NCBI GenBank assembly: GCA_951406725.2
Contig: OX597817.1
Coordinates: forward strand, 127,162,001-127,226,000
DNA from: Octopus vulgaris
Lineage: Eukaryota
Direction of reading: 5' to 3'
DNA: 64,000 nt
In this document: piece after piece, positions 42,398 to 55,394 of the stretch
Numbering within the stretch: position 1 is the stretch's first letter
Layout: every line of letters begins with the position of its first letter
Translations under genes and position numbers: made by a program
Notes under the pieces: model-generated
Told to the model about the DNA's origin: nothing
Databases searched by the model: none
Seen by the model: the letters and a program-made list of their open reading frames with translations, nothing else

Positions 42398-42784
42398 AGT
42401 GGCTGTGTGGTAAGTAGCTTGCTAACCAACCACATGGTTCCAGGTTCAGTCCCACTGCGTGGCATCTTGGGCAAGTGTCTTCTGCTATAGCTTCGAGCCG
42501 ACCAAAGCCGTGTGAGTGGATTTGGTAGACGGAAACTGAAAGAAGCCTGTCGTATATATGTATATATATATGTGTGTGTGTGTGTGTGTCTGTGTTTGTC
42601 CCCCTAGCATTGCTTGACAACCGATGCTGGTGTGTTTATGTTCCCGTCACTTAGCGGTTCGGCAAAAGACACCGATAGAATAAGTACTGGGTTTACAAAG
42701 AATAAGTCCCGGGGTCGATTTGCTCGACTAAAGGCGGTGCTCCAGCATGGCCGCAGTCAAATGACTGAAACAAGTAAAAAAAAA
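42398..42784 (+). mobile_element. tRNA-derived SINE with CORE-like domain and internal (TA)n(TG)n
   Basis: tggctgtgtggt A-box, ggttcagtccc B-box, gtggcatcttgggcaagtgtctt CORE-like segment, A-rich tail. Confidence 0.88.
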
Positions 42785-42944
42785 ATATATATCTATTTAC
42801 ATATTTATTTATTTATTTATTTATATATATGTATATATAAAAGCAATAATTATAATGATATAGAATATGGAGACTTGTTCATTCCCAAACTTTATTTCTT
42901 TCTTATTTTGTTCAGTATATAATTATGGTTTTTATGGCATACAC

Positions 42945-43300
42945 GTGTTTCCACTGCACAGATTGTGTGCAGTTGCAGATGCAACTTTGTACGATTATCG
43001 GTGCAGCTTCTTCGTGGTCTATCCCTTTGGTCTGTTTGGGAGTGAAGTGGGATCTTGTCTTTCTCATTCGCAAACTATATACCACTTAATTCTGCTCAGA
43101 TTGCTTTCAATTTTGGTGTATCGATGCAATTCTGAATTTTGTTTACGATCAACCAATTACTTTATCTCGTAAATTAAAGAACCTGATGCTATTTGGCATT
43201 GAATTTGGGACATTTGGGTAATTTTACCCAATCAACAGACAGCGTGGCATTAGCAGCTTGTTACCATGACAACCACACGCTGTTGTGGTTCACAGTTGTC
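42945..43300 (-). pseudogene. Decayed C-type-lectin-like exon candidate
   Basis: VWLSW*QAANA at the 5' side and RRSCTDNRTKLHLQLHTICAVET followed by a GT donor-like site at the 3' side; frames are broken. Confidence 0.28.
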
Positions 43301-43433
43301 TGTGCCACTGTTATCTATGGTGAATTTTCATACTTAGTTCTTCACACCAGGAGATTCTTTTCACCCGCGTATTTTGTTTAATTTTTATGTGTGTTAATAT
43401 TTTTCTGTGCTTTTTTTTTCTGAAAGAAGCTCG

Positions 43434-43469
<36 letters not shown>

Positions 43470-43858
43470 AAGATGAGGGCAAATATCCTTCAACTGTAAA
43501 TAATGTTAATATTGCCTTTACTCGAATAAATCGATCGTAGGACTTATGTAAGCATAGTACTTATTCTATCGGGGTCTTTTGCTGAACCACTATGTTAGGG
43601 AACGTAAACACACCGACATCGATTGTCAAGCCATGGTGGGGAGACAAACACAGACATACAAACGTATACACACACAGATATATATATATATATTACGTTT
43701 TTTTTTTTTTTTTTTTTGTCCAGGATAGGACTACACAGCCACAGCAAGAAATGTAACAGGAAATAAAATATAACAGCCCGACTAGACCTAGAAAAATAAA
43801 AAAATAAAAAAATAAAAAATGCGCAACTCTATTGTCTCCCGAGACAGAAAGGATGCCA

Positions 43859-43900
<42 letters not shown>

Positions 43901-44069
43901 GTGTGTGTATACGTTTGTATGTCTGTGTTTGTCTCCCCACCATGGCTTGACAATCGATGTCGGTGTGTTTACGTTCCCTAACATAGCGGTTCAGCAAAAG
44001 ACCCCGATAGAATAAGTACTATGCTTACATAAGTCCTACGATCGATTTATTCGAGTAAAGGCAATATTA

Positions 44070-44455
<386 letters not shown>

Positions 44456-44488
44456 AGAGAAACTCCATCAAAAAACGAGCTCGTCTTA

Positions 44489-44586
44489 GCCCACGAGCAT
44501 ATGGCGTAGTGGTTAAGGGCGCGGGTTACTAACCCCAAGATTCCGATGAGGACAAATATCCGTCAACTGTGAATAATGTAAATAAT
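44489..44586 (+). mobile_element. Internally deleted copy of the same SINE, head-to-head with 44070-44455
   Basis: Head ...aagattccga is joined directly to tail tgaggacaaatatccgtcaactg. Confidence 0.75.
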
Positions 44587-45010
44587 GGGATCTTTTCGGT
44601 TTGAACGGCAGTTTTTAACATAATTTCTAGGTAACTAAAAAATTTGAAACTTCGTATACTGGTAGCATGTGTTTGTACAACATATTTCTCTCTTTCTTGG
44701 CTTTATTGGGAAAATGCTATAGTTTGTAACATATTTGGCCTTGAATTTCTTCAATCTCTGCAATTTCAACCAATCACTGGCGTCTATTGAGTTAAAAAGC
44801 ATTCTGTGCCGTATGAATTAGTCCCTCGCTTAAGAAACACATTGGGTTTATTTACATTTGTGAAGAAAAAAAGATACTCTTCCCCCACCCCTAACCCTAA
44901 CCCTAAATCTAAAATAGATTGAAATGCAATAGATCAATACTAGGGTCATAATTATGGGTGACAATTTCATATGACACCGCTAGAAAAAACGGCAGCTTTT
45001 TCTAGCGGTG
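44587..45010. mobile_element. Non-autonomous DNA element with (CCCTAA)3 and a terminal hairpin (Helentron/MITE-like)
   Basis: (CCCTAA)3 at 44889-44906; caccgctagaaaaa-8 nt-tttttctagcggtg at 44975-45010; aacggcag near both ends. Confidence 0.5.
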
Positions 45011-46083
45011 GTGAGTATATCTGTATAACAAGAACGAAAACAATTTTGTTATCTGCCAGGCAATAGCGTAGAATGCTTTGCATTTATTTGCAAATGCTCC
45101 TTTAAAGCGACGGTGAATCTTTTACCCAGTATTCATTTTGTGTGTTGTGCGTGTGTGTCATGGCGTGTGTCTGTGTATATAGTTTGCAAACCAGCAGTAA
45201 TAAACCACTGTGTCCTAATTGATCCTGAAAAGATGAACAGCTAATTTAACTGGTGGATTCGCACTAAGATGTAACTAAAATCCGCAAACCAATAAGTCCA
45301 TCACTGTACGATTATTGCAACACAATTGCTTTTAAGTAGATTATGATATTAAAATTAACTATTACCAAACTAATCTATCAAACTGACTGAAGCCAATTTT
45401 AGGTTCAAGCTGTAATTAAAGGGTTAAGCTTAGTGTTAGCCGATAATTTCTAAGCTGCCAATTTACTACTAAGCGTGATATATCAGCATAATATGTCCAG
45501 CGTCATGCTGTTAAGAAATTGATTGAGAACACGTTTAAGTCAAATTCATTGAACTATATTTGCCAAATGAATGCAACTGTAATACACGTAAATTGTATCA
45601 TACATACCTAAATCGAGCTACTCGTGCATTTGCACATACTTACATGTTATTGACAAATACTCTGTGAACAGGAATGCTAGTAGTTATGAATTCGGGTTTT
45701 ATCATGGCAATCTTTATTCATCTTATTTAATATTTATTATTCTTTTTTCTTACACACTTTATGGCTCTTATGCTTCTCACACCAGCACAACTTCTCAAAA
45801 GTAACTATTTTCCCTTGGTGATATGTTCTCAAGGAAACAAATGTATTACAGATGGTTCGCTCCACATTTTCTTTCTGTTCGTTATGCATCAAACTGATGC
45901 TATGTAGATTCTTATCTGTCCTGTACAGTAGCGCTTCGACAAGAGATACAGTTAAGTAAGAGATTGAAATATAGACTGGAGTTGATCACATCTACAACAA
46001 TCGATTAGAACCTAATTAGCAGAAGGAGCAATATAATTTAATATAATATAATATAATATAATATAATATAATATAATATAATA

Positions 46084-46133
<50 letters not shown>

Positions 46134-46475
46134 TGCATACATGCATGCAAACATACATACATATATTTATACATATGCGCATGTAGTCGTATGTCTGGGT
46201 GTATGTGTGTGTGCCACACAGCCTAGTTGTCTGGGTATGACGTTCTCAAGTATAAGATTACAATTCCGATTCCTGGAGATGGCTGTGTGTTGAGGTCTTA
46301 AGGAAAACACTTCAGATTGCTCTGAGATCACTGCGTCAACTGATGTGGAGCACAGCGAACACCTTTGTAGTTAAGGTCAACTTTATGAGGGAAGTAACCT
46401 AATGTATAGCAACAGCAAAAATATGTCAACAATATAAACAGATCAAATGTTCAGGTTGTTCTGCAAGTTCTTCAG

Positions 46476-46630
46476 TATTTCGTCTGTCTTTACGTTCTGA
46501 GTTCGAATTGTGACGAGGTCAACTTTGCCTTCCATCCTTACGGGGTCGATAAATTAAGTACCAGTTGCGTACTGGAATCGATCTAATCGCCTGGCTAAAA
46601 TTTCAGGCCTTGTGCCTAGAGTAGAAAAGA
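46476..46630 (+). mobile_element. 5'-truncated SINE (family of 20705)
   Basis: gtatttcgtctgtctttacgttctgagttcg...ggggtcgataaattaagtaccag. Confidence 0.8.
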
Positions 46631-46937
46631 TTAACGTGTCGTTTGACAATATATATGTCAATTAAATATGACAATATATATGTCAATTAAATGCAACACA
46701 ACATAAAAATATCAATGACGTGTGGAACATTTTTGGAAAGTCACAACGTAAGACATCTGTATGCTGTCTGTTATTAAGAATTGGAGACATCCCCGAATGG
46801 AAATCTGAAATAGAAAAGGATGGTGTATTCAACACAAAATAGATTGTGTGTGATTATTTATGCATATATATATGTCCATATATATGTATATATGTGAGTT
46901 AGCGAGTGCATTTGTGTCCATATGTGTTTGTGTGTTA

Positions 46938-46965
<28 letters not shown>

Positions 46966-46971
<6 letters not shown>

Positions 46972-47138
46972 TTAAGGGTTTAGCAACAAGTTGCTTCACC
47001 ACATACCGAAAATGTAGATATAGTAGCCGAAGACAGCTAATTCTTATAACTACAAGTATGACTCCGGAGTCATATTTGTATGCTATATTTGGCTCCTATT
47101 TCTAAATTAGCAACTTGTTGCTAAACACTTAATTATAT
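46966..47138. repeat. Imperfect ~170 bp palindrome
   Basis: Central TACAAGTATGACTCCGGAGTCATATTTGTA (47051-47080); outer arms tttagcaacaagttgct / agcaacttgttgctaaa. Confidence 0.8.
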
Positions 47139-47264
47139 TTATAATTATATAAAACAACTTTTAGTATAAATTTTTACCGATAATTGTTTTTCCATACCGA
47201 AACTACTGGGTAAAATTTATTAATTATTAAATTAATAATTATTTACCCTACATCTGTAATTATA

Positions 47265-47303
<39 letters not shown>

Positions 47304-47420
47304 ATATATATATACATACATATATATATATATATAAATGATGTAAAATGATATAATTGTTAAACATTTTATCAGTGGCCATCATATAAAAATATTGATC
47401 TATTTAGGTGAAATCATAAA

Positions 47421-47599
47421 TACAATTATAGTTAAGAGCATAGAAAAAAAATATTGCCTATATGCTGAAAGAAGACGCTAAATCATCGAACAACGTTAAA
47501 CATCGCCATTGATGATATTGGATGAGGTTCGATGATTTGGCGTCTTCTTTCTGCATATAGGGAAGAAATTATTTTTCTATGCCCTTAATTATAATTGTA
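47421..47599. repeat. Inverted repeat (~72 bp arms, ~35 nt loop)
   Basis: 47421-47491 matches the reverse complement of 47527-47599. Confidence 0.88.
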
Positions 47600-47661
47600 C
47601 GTATATATATATTTATTTATATATCTGTAAATGTAACATGTGACAATTATTCGGTAGCCAT

Positions 47662-47722
47662 GATAAAACTCCGAGTTTCAGATGCCGAGGTAGGAATCCA
47701 CGCCGCCATCTCTTCAGTTATC
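47662..47722 (-). ncRNA. Type I hammerhead with long stem II
   Basis: GAUAA-CUGAAGA-GAUG(22 nt imperfect hairpin)CAUC-U-GAAAC UCGGA GUU-UUAUC; perfect 5-bp stem I. Confidence 0.7.
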
Positions 47723-48587
47723 CGGTCATCAGAATATATATATATAGTAGCAGTAGTAGTAGTAGTAGCAGTAGGTATCTATGTATAACAAGAACTTAAA
47801 ACAATTTAGTTATCTGCCAGTAACTAGCATAAAATGCTTTGCTTCTATTTGCAAATGTTCCTGTAAAACTTAAATCTTATTATAAGTTTATTAAAGTGGG
47901 TTTGGAGATGGCTGCGTTGCCTCTGTATTTTTCAAAATATTCATTGCCGTTTGCTGAAGAGAGACGCAATACTGTGATAAATCTTGCTCCAGTTCGATGA
48001 GAACTTTCTGTACCAAGCTATCACAGTTTTTAACATGTTATTAACGGTGTGCTGCAAGCAAATAATCTGTCAATTACAGCCCTGTAATTTTGCGCATCAG
48101 TCAATCACACATATTCCTTTTGTGCTTATATGAAATACAGAAACTGATTAGTTGAGGTTTAAGTGACGTTAAGTAACGGAAACAGCTCCCCTGCCCTGCT
48201 ACAATGAATGTGATATGAATTGCAATTTACTTGACGTTTCTGTGAAGCTTCCACACCTGTGACCTCCATATGCATATACATGTGTGTGTATTAATGGGGG
48301 AGTTGTGTGTGTGTGTTTGTGTGCGTGTGTCTATGCTTGTATGTATATGCATATACATGTCCATATACGGATATATATATACATATATGTACATACATAT
48401 ATATATACATACATATATATATATATATATATATTTACATACATACGTTATATGTCTATATATACGAGAGGGAGAGAGGGACAAAAGTGAATGTAAATGT
48501 ATATGTATGTGTGTATGTTTGTGTGTGTGTGTTTGCGTGTGTGTACCTATATTCATTTTGTTTATATATATACCTATATGTATATGT

Positions 48588-48623
<36 letters not shown>

Positions 48624-51600
48624 GTGCACACTCATTCTCTGGACTTGCAGGCCAGCTTATCATAAATATACAAATATTTCGATACCCTTGCTTTTCTATA
48701 CTCGCGCTTGAGTAGGCCTGTATACGTATCTTTGTGTATAAGTTGTCATATACGTATAACACGAGTACATATTGGCTAAAATATTATGCAATTGTATGTT
48801 CAGAGTACTTTTTTTAAGTATCGATTTTCGTTTCGGGTAGATTTAAAATTTTGTCATGTTTTTACCAGTTTGTTCTATCCAAGCCAAATACATTTTAGAT
48901 AATGCAGTGAATATTTTCTGAAACCATGCCGATTTTTCTCGACATGAAACAGTGAAATAACCTATATGTAATATTGTTATATTTGTATTGTGTCGGCTGA
49001 TGTATATTCCGTAGAAAACTGAGGATATGACAGTACAACCGTTCTTACAGCGTGTTTTCAAAGGGATAGATTTTACTTCACATCCGATATTTCTTTTCAT
49101 TTTGGAGACAAATTATCGCGTTTATCTTTATTGTAAATTGTAAATTTACACGTGTTATTCAACCTAAGTGAGTTGTTTACTTTCAGTTTTAAATTACTCT
49201 TTTAGTGGCTTTTTTCTGACGTTTACATAACCTGCTACACACACACATGTATTCATATCTGCTTATATATTTAGAAATGTGATTACTGACGTAGTACTTA
49301 TAAGGACAAACCAAACGAGAAGCAATTATTTTAGATAAGGTAAATATTTTAAATTGCCTACGGTAGATATTTAAGATATATATTTAAAAATTGTTCCAGC
49401 TTATATTATTCTTACAATCTCCGCTTTCACCTGTCTTTAGAGCTTCATGCGATAGGGCTGGCTGGTAAATCCTAAATCACTGGCCGTTTAATTCTATCAG
49501 TATCATTCGACATATTTACATTTTATTTTCATCATCGTACAGAATATCGATCTCCTGCCATCCGCTTTTATTTTACGTCCGTATACTCTGATTCAGCATT
49601 GTTGTTGTCGGTTGAAAACATGCTATTACTTGCTTGATGTTAGGTTTGTTCTTTTAATAAGATTGTAGTGTGCTTCTCACCATTAACACAAAAAAACTTG
49701 AATAGGAACATTTACATTTTGCTGAAATGGACTAAAGAACAAGTGCTGTTAATATTCTCAGTTTTGGATCTTTCAAATCTCACACTAGGTTTTGTCATAG
49801 CTTACTGTCTATTGTTTCTGTGTATTCAGATGTGGATTTATGGTTTTTAAAAATACCTCACACAGTAAACTTATATAATATTTAGAGCCGATTGTTTCAT
49901 AGGATCCACACTGAAGCTTGAGCAGTTTTTGAATAATTTCTTCAGAGGCGTGACTATTTCGGCCATGACACATGTCACTGACTTCATTTAGTTTTTGAGC
50001 ATTTTGGTTAATAAGGAACTTTTTCTAATCGCAGTTTATTGAGTGTTTCGATAGCATATTACTTAACATCACTAATCTTGTTAATGCCATAATCGTTTAC
50101 GTTTTGTTGCTTTTAAATTGTTCAAAATATTTGTGTCTTGTGAAATAAAATTCTTCATCTCTTAGGTTCTAAGAAGTAATAGATTTCATAGTGTAATTAT
50201 AAAAATAGCTTAATCAAAGTACATTTTGTTTACGGTGATTTCGATTGTCGTCGTGGCCAGAATTTTCTTCACTAAATCCACTTTTATTGAACCACAGTTT
50301 TACTGAACCACCGCGCTATCAAATATTCATTTACTTGAGAAAATTGTGGAGATCCATCTGATAATATCACGGTGCGGGACCCTCAGAAAAGGAGGTGGGC
50401 TTAAAGTAACATAAATGCATATTTGAAAATACTTCATATCTCTGAATACAATATTCCTTCCTAAAAATAAAATTCAATTTTCCATGTATAAGACGAACAT
50501 TTAGCAATTCTTAGATACAATATATTCATATAGAATATTTGCTATGTTTTTATTGATAAAATAAAGAATATATAACTAAAATAACCTTGATTAATGGGAA
50601 GTGTTTGGTTATAATGTCGTTCATGATTTAGGTAGGGTGATTATAATATAAACGTTAATCGCAAAATAACCAAGTGCTTAAGCATTGACGTCTCAATCAA
50701 TGTGAATCGTTGTTTTTATTCACTGGAAATATTTTCGGATATTTTCAAGGAAAATATATTACAATTTACATTACCATCGCTAACTTACCTTATGGAAAAT
50801 TATTCCAAATTTTCCATAAAATTTCACTAAAATATTGTAGTAGACGGAAAGATAATATTTTTAAATGCATCTACATAGAATATAATAAACAAATACTTGC
50901 TCTTTAAATCGGAAGTTAATATTTGGAAAGGGACGTAATATGCATTCTAAATTTGCTTTCTATTCGTAATACCAATCATCGGAAATTTAGATCAATATAA
51001 AAGGTATGAATTGCGCAATATTCATAAGTAAATGTGTTTAATACGAATAACAATGTATCGAGTAATTGATTCTTCTTTTCGCGCTATTTTCCAAGGTTGG
51101 ATAAGTATATATTTATCATATATTTTCCGTGGTTTTATCGCAAACGCATTGTAGTCTTAACAAAAGGAGTTCGATATAAAATACCAAAGCCCTTGAGTAT
51201 TTTTAGCAAGCTTTGCCGTGTTGCAAACAGATTTCACAACCAGTTTCCATCACATGCAAATTATTTCTGGTGACGTTGATATGTGTATATATTTATTCAA
51301 ATATCATTATTCTATGAGAATTTGCAAAATAAACGTTTCGATCGCACCACTTCTACGTAGATCTGTATCTTTTTTATATTGATGGGGACTTCCTAAATAT
51401 ATTTTAAGAAACTTATCATCTTCAAAAGGAATTAAAAAGTTGGAAAACTTGCTCGGGAGACAAATTCGCTTGAAGCATTTGTAAAGCGGTTTATTAACGC
51501 GGTTTATTGGGTAGTCGTAGAAGGAAATTTCTATAGAAGCAAGCTATAAGAAAATAAAATACATAAGTAATGAGATAAGGAAACACGACACATTGCGAAG

Positions 51601-52765
51601 AAACCAGCAAGAAAAAATATAAACGGAGATTTCTGTTAAAAGAATGCCAAGTTTCTCATTGAATAAATTTGCATAAAAGACATAGACCCAACTATGCCTG
51701 ACACATTACAGATGGTTGCCAGAATAGTGCCAAGATTACGATACCAATATTAAAATGAACTCACAGGTAATAATGTATAAGGATCAGAGAAACATAAGGA
51801 TACATATACACATATAACATGTATACACAAACAAATATATATATTTGTATATAGATATATATATATGTGTCTGTGTCTGTGATTCTGTGTGTGTATGTAT
51901 ATCCTTATCAGTGTGTATAAGTATATGTTTAAATATTCGTACGTATCTATATATTACTCACTCCGCTCATGCAGACATACGCCCTAAAACACTTCTTATC
52001 ATTTCTTTTTCTCATCTTCTATTGCATATAGCTCTTTTCTAAGTCCCAATGCTGACTTCTAATTGCTATTTTTTGTCTGAACAATTCTATTATATCTTCA
52101 CACCAAGATAAGACTATACATATATTAAGCTAAGCGATAACACTAAAAATTAAATCTTCATAATCTTCCTCATTCCTTCTCTGCCTTTCTTACCACATCT
52201 CCCTCGCAATTTCTATCTGATTTTCTAACAGTTTCCTTTCACTATCATCCTTAGCATGTTCTTACTGGCATTGTCTACGGTCACCCGTGTCTGCTTTTGT
52301 TGTTACATGTGTGTATGTATATTCATTTATGAATAGCTATAGAAGTATATTACACATGTAGATATGTTCATGTACACACACACACACACACATATATATA
52401 TGTATGTAAATGCGTTTGTATATGTGTGTGTGTATCTGTGTATGTATATACACATATATTTATATGCGCTTGTGTTTGTCTGTGTGTGTACAGACAGAGG
52501 GTGAGAGATACATATACTCAGTATTGAAAGTTCAGTGTGTATATAATCAGAAAATTTTGTGTGTACCTGGAATTGAATAGTGGGTGTAGTCATGGTATTT
52601 GAGTAATCAGATGTGCTAGCTTTAATTATTTGCATTGATTTGTGAATATACAGTTGCATTATACGATACGCGTTATGCATTTTAATGCAGACATAATTTA
52701 CTCCCTGTTGAATTTATTACTAGATGATGAAAACAATGAAGTGCCTTAATCTTAATGATCTCATC

Positions 52766-52820
<55 letters not shown>

Positions 52821-53112
52821 GTAACAATAAATGTCGCCCTTTTCAAGCCTAGTCCGGCTCATGGGCGAGATTTCCCGGTTTCTGTGGCGTATGTGTTCCC
52901 CCCAGCTGGACGGGACGCCAGTCCATCGCGGCGTTACCATGAGAGGAAGTTGTGGCGAAAGAGTGCAACAGGGGTCACCACCACCTCCTGCCGGAATCTC
53001 GTGGAACATTTAGGTGTTTTCGCTCAATAAACACACGCAACGACCGGTCTGGGAATCGAAACCGCGATCCTCCGACCATGAGTCCGCTGCCCCAACCACT
53101 GGGTCATTGCGC
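52821..53112 (-). mobile_element. tRNA-derived SINE, head shared with 27973, Meta-domain-like 3' part
   Basis: Minus strand gcgatggactggcgtcccgtccag...cacagaaaccggga. Confidence 0.8.
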
Positions 53113-53124
53113 ATCCAGAAACAC

Positions 53125-53157
<33 letters not shown>

Positions 53158-53416
53158 TATTTAGATAGAGAGAGGGCGCGGGACAGAAAGAGATTTACGA
53201 GTATGTTTTCCATTTTCACGTCTGCTTTGTCTTCTATTCTATTCATCCCTTTCTCCCTCTTCTTTTCCATAACTTTTCGATTTAATGTTTCCTTTTGCAT
53301 GTCCTTGCCACTTCACAGTTTTTAATATTCTTTAAATGTGTTTCTTCTTCTTCTTTTTCTCCTCTTTCATCATCACCATCATCATCATCATCATCATCTT
53401 CATCATCCAGTACACC

Positions 53417-53504
53417 ATATGCCCGCGGGAATCTGGCATAGTGGTTAAGAGTGCGGGCTACTAACACCAAGATTCCGAGTTCCATTCCAGGCAGTGACCT
53501 GGGC

Positions 53505-53545
<41 letters not shown>

Positions 53546-53733
53546 CAACATCGAAAAATATTTTAAGAATGAGAACCCAGGTTCGAAATTTCCCCAAGAA
53601 ACCTGATGAGGGCTGGAAGATGTATAAACCGAAACGTTGTGTTAATAACAAACAAGACGAGGACACAAATCTGTCAAATGTAAATAATGTAACTAAGGTA
53701 CGTAATTCCTCATCTCTTACATATAGAACTGTA
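53417..53733 (+). mobile_element. tRNA-head + (AAT)n + hammerhead-tail SINE
   Basis: tggcatagtggttaag...gagttccattcc head; CTGATGA at 53603 and GAAACGTT at 53631; stem II decayed. Confidence 0.8.
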
Positions 53734-53810
53734 TCATCATCATCATCATCATCATTATTTTTATTATTATTATTATTATTATAATTATTATTATTATTAT
53801 TATTATTATT

Positions 53811-53924
53811 GACCATATCACTTTGAAAACATCGATTCTCATCCGATGAACGAAGTTAAGCAATGTTGAGTCTAGTTAGTACCTAGATGGATGAACACTT
53901 GGTTACCCTAAGGGCTGTGCTGTA
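53811..53924 (+). pseudogene. 5S rRNA pseudogene
   Basis: gaccatatcactttgaaaacatcgattctcatccgatgaacgaagttaagcaatgttgagtctagttagtacctagatggatga follows metazoan 5S rRNA (box A agttaagca, box C region) with many substitutions and a missing 5' end. Confidence 0.88.
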
Positions 53925-53940
53925 AATAACTTTTATAAAA

Positions 53941-54162
53941 GGCGGCGAGCTGGACGAAATACTTAGCGGCCTTTCACCTGTCTTCATGTTATGAGTTCAA
54001 ATTCCGCCGAGGTCTACTTCGCCTTTCGTCATTTACGAGTCGATACAATAATTACCAGTTGGGCACTGGGATTGATAAAATACTTACCAGTCGGTCACTG
54101 GGGTCGATGTAATCGACAAAACCCCCCAACTTCGCAATTGCTGGCCTTGTGACAAACTTTAA
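53941..54162 (+). mobile_element. SINE (family of 20705) with internal deletion and duplication
   Basis: ggcggcgagctgg head; accagt..cactggg segment duplicated. Confidence 0.8.
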
Positions 54163-54189
54163 AATCATCATCAACATTATTATTATCAA

Positions 54190-54253
<64 letters not shown>

Positions 54254-54280
54254 ATAATAATAATATTATTATTATTATTT

Positions 54281-55394
54281 ATTGTCGTTGCACAGCTTCT
54301 ATCGTTGGAGATGTACTATGGTGCCAACTGTTCACTACCAGTGAAGTAAGGTAAAACCCCTTACTTTTCGAGCATCATCTGGAGTATTCGAGCGGTTCCA
54401 AGCAGTGTTGTTTTCTTCAAGTGCTCCACCCTTATTGCAGCCCCTATTTGTTCCATAGACTTCTCAAGATTTTTAACCACTATTCCCAGAGCGCCGACAA
54501 TTATTGGTACTACTGCCACCTTTATCAGTGGCCACAACTCTTTAACCTCCTAAGCTAACCTGTTATATCAACTTTTCTTTCTTCTTTATCGCACACCTTG
54601 TCAGCTGGGTATGCTATATCTATCTATGATCCAGCAACGTTTGCTTTCTTTCTCAATTAAGACTATATATGGCTTCCTATTCTCTATCACATGGTCACAC
54701 TGAATCATAAAATCCAATAGGATTTTTGCATTATCATTTTCGATGATTCCTTCGGGTGTATGCTCGTACCACGTTTTTGCTCGGTCAAATCTATAGTCCT
54801 TGCAAAGTATCCAATATCTCACAAATTCTGCACTTATCACTTTCTGGTCTTTTGTCTATTCTGTATTTGAGGCGATTCGTTTTAGTGCTTGATTTTGGTC
54901 GGCACAGATATATCTGTTATGTCTCTTTCCATTGATCATACATATGTTGTCGGTATCCCCTAAGATGAACACCATTTTTGTCTACGGGATTGCTCAGGTA
55001 GTAACACTCCATGAACACATCATTGATTTGTTCATTCCACCTACGTCATGTGTGCTGGTTCCTTGCTGGATAATGACAGGCTGGAGACGGACCAGTATCT
55101 CTGGGAGTGCCGGGTGTAACACTGTCACCATCAAGGGATTCAGTTTGATTACCACCGTTATTCACAATATTTTACTTTTTCATTGTCACTCATATGAGAT
55201 AGCGATTATCAGGTTGCGCATTTACCAGCGTTCTTATTGTGACATCATCACTAGATGTATCATCAAACAGAGCATAAGGAAATTCCAACCGCTTCCTTTC
55301 ATTATTATTATCAACACTGATATTATTTTCATTTTTTTACTACTATTTGTCATTGTTAATATTTCCTCTGAACCGACACGAATTTTGGCTAACT
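54281..55394 (-). mobile_element. R4/Dong-type non-LTR retrotransposon with the RT domain deleted
   Basis: N-terminal RRWNEQINDVFMECYYLSNP..GYRQHMYDQW is joined to ICADQNQAL..KCRIC, WYEHTPEGIIENDNAKILLDF..RKPYIVLIEK, VVPIIVGALG, LLGTARIL; stop at 54361-54363; (AAT)n tail. Confidence 0.85.

Noticed and set aside
44889-44906. Telomere or interstitial telomeric site
   Set aside because: Only three hexamers, embedded in a dispersed-element-like sequence.
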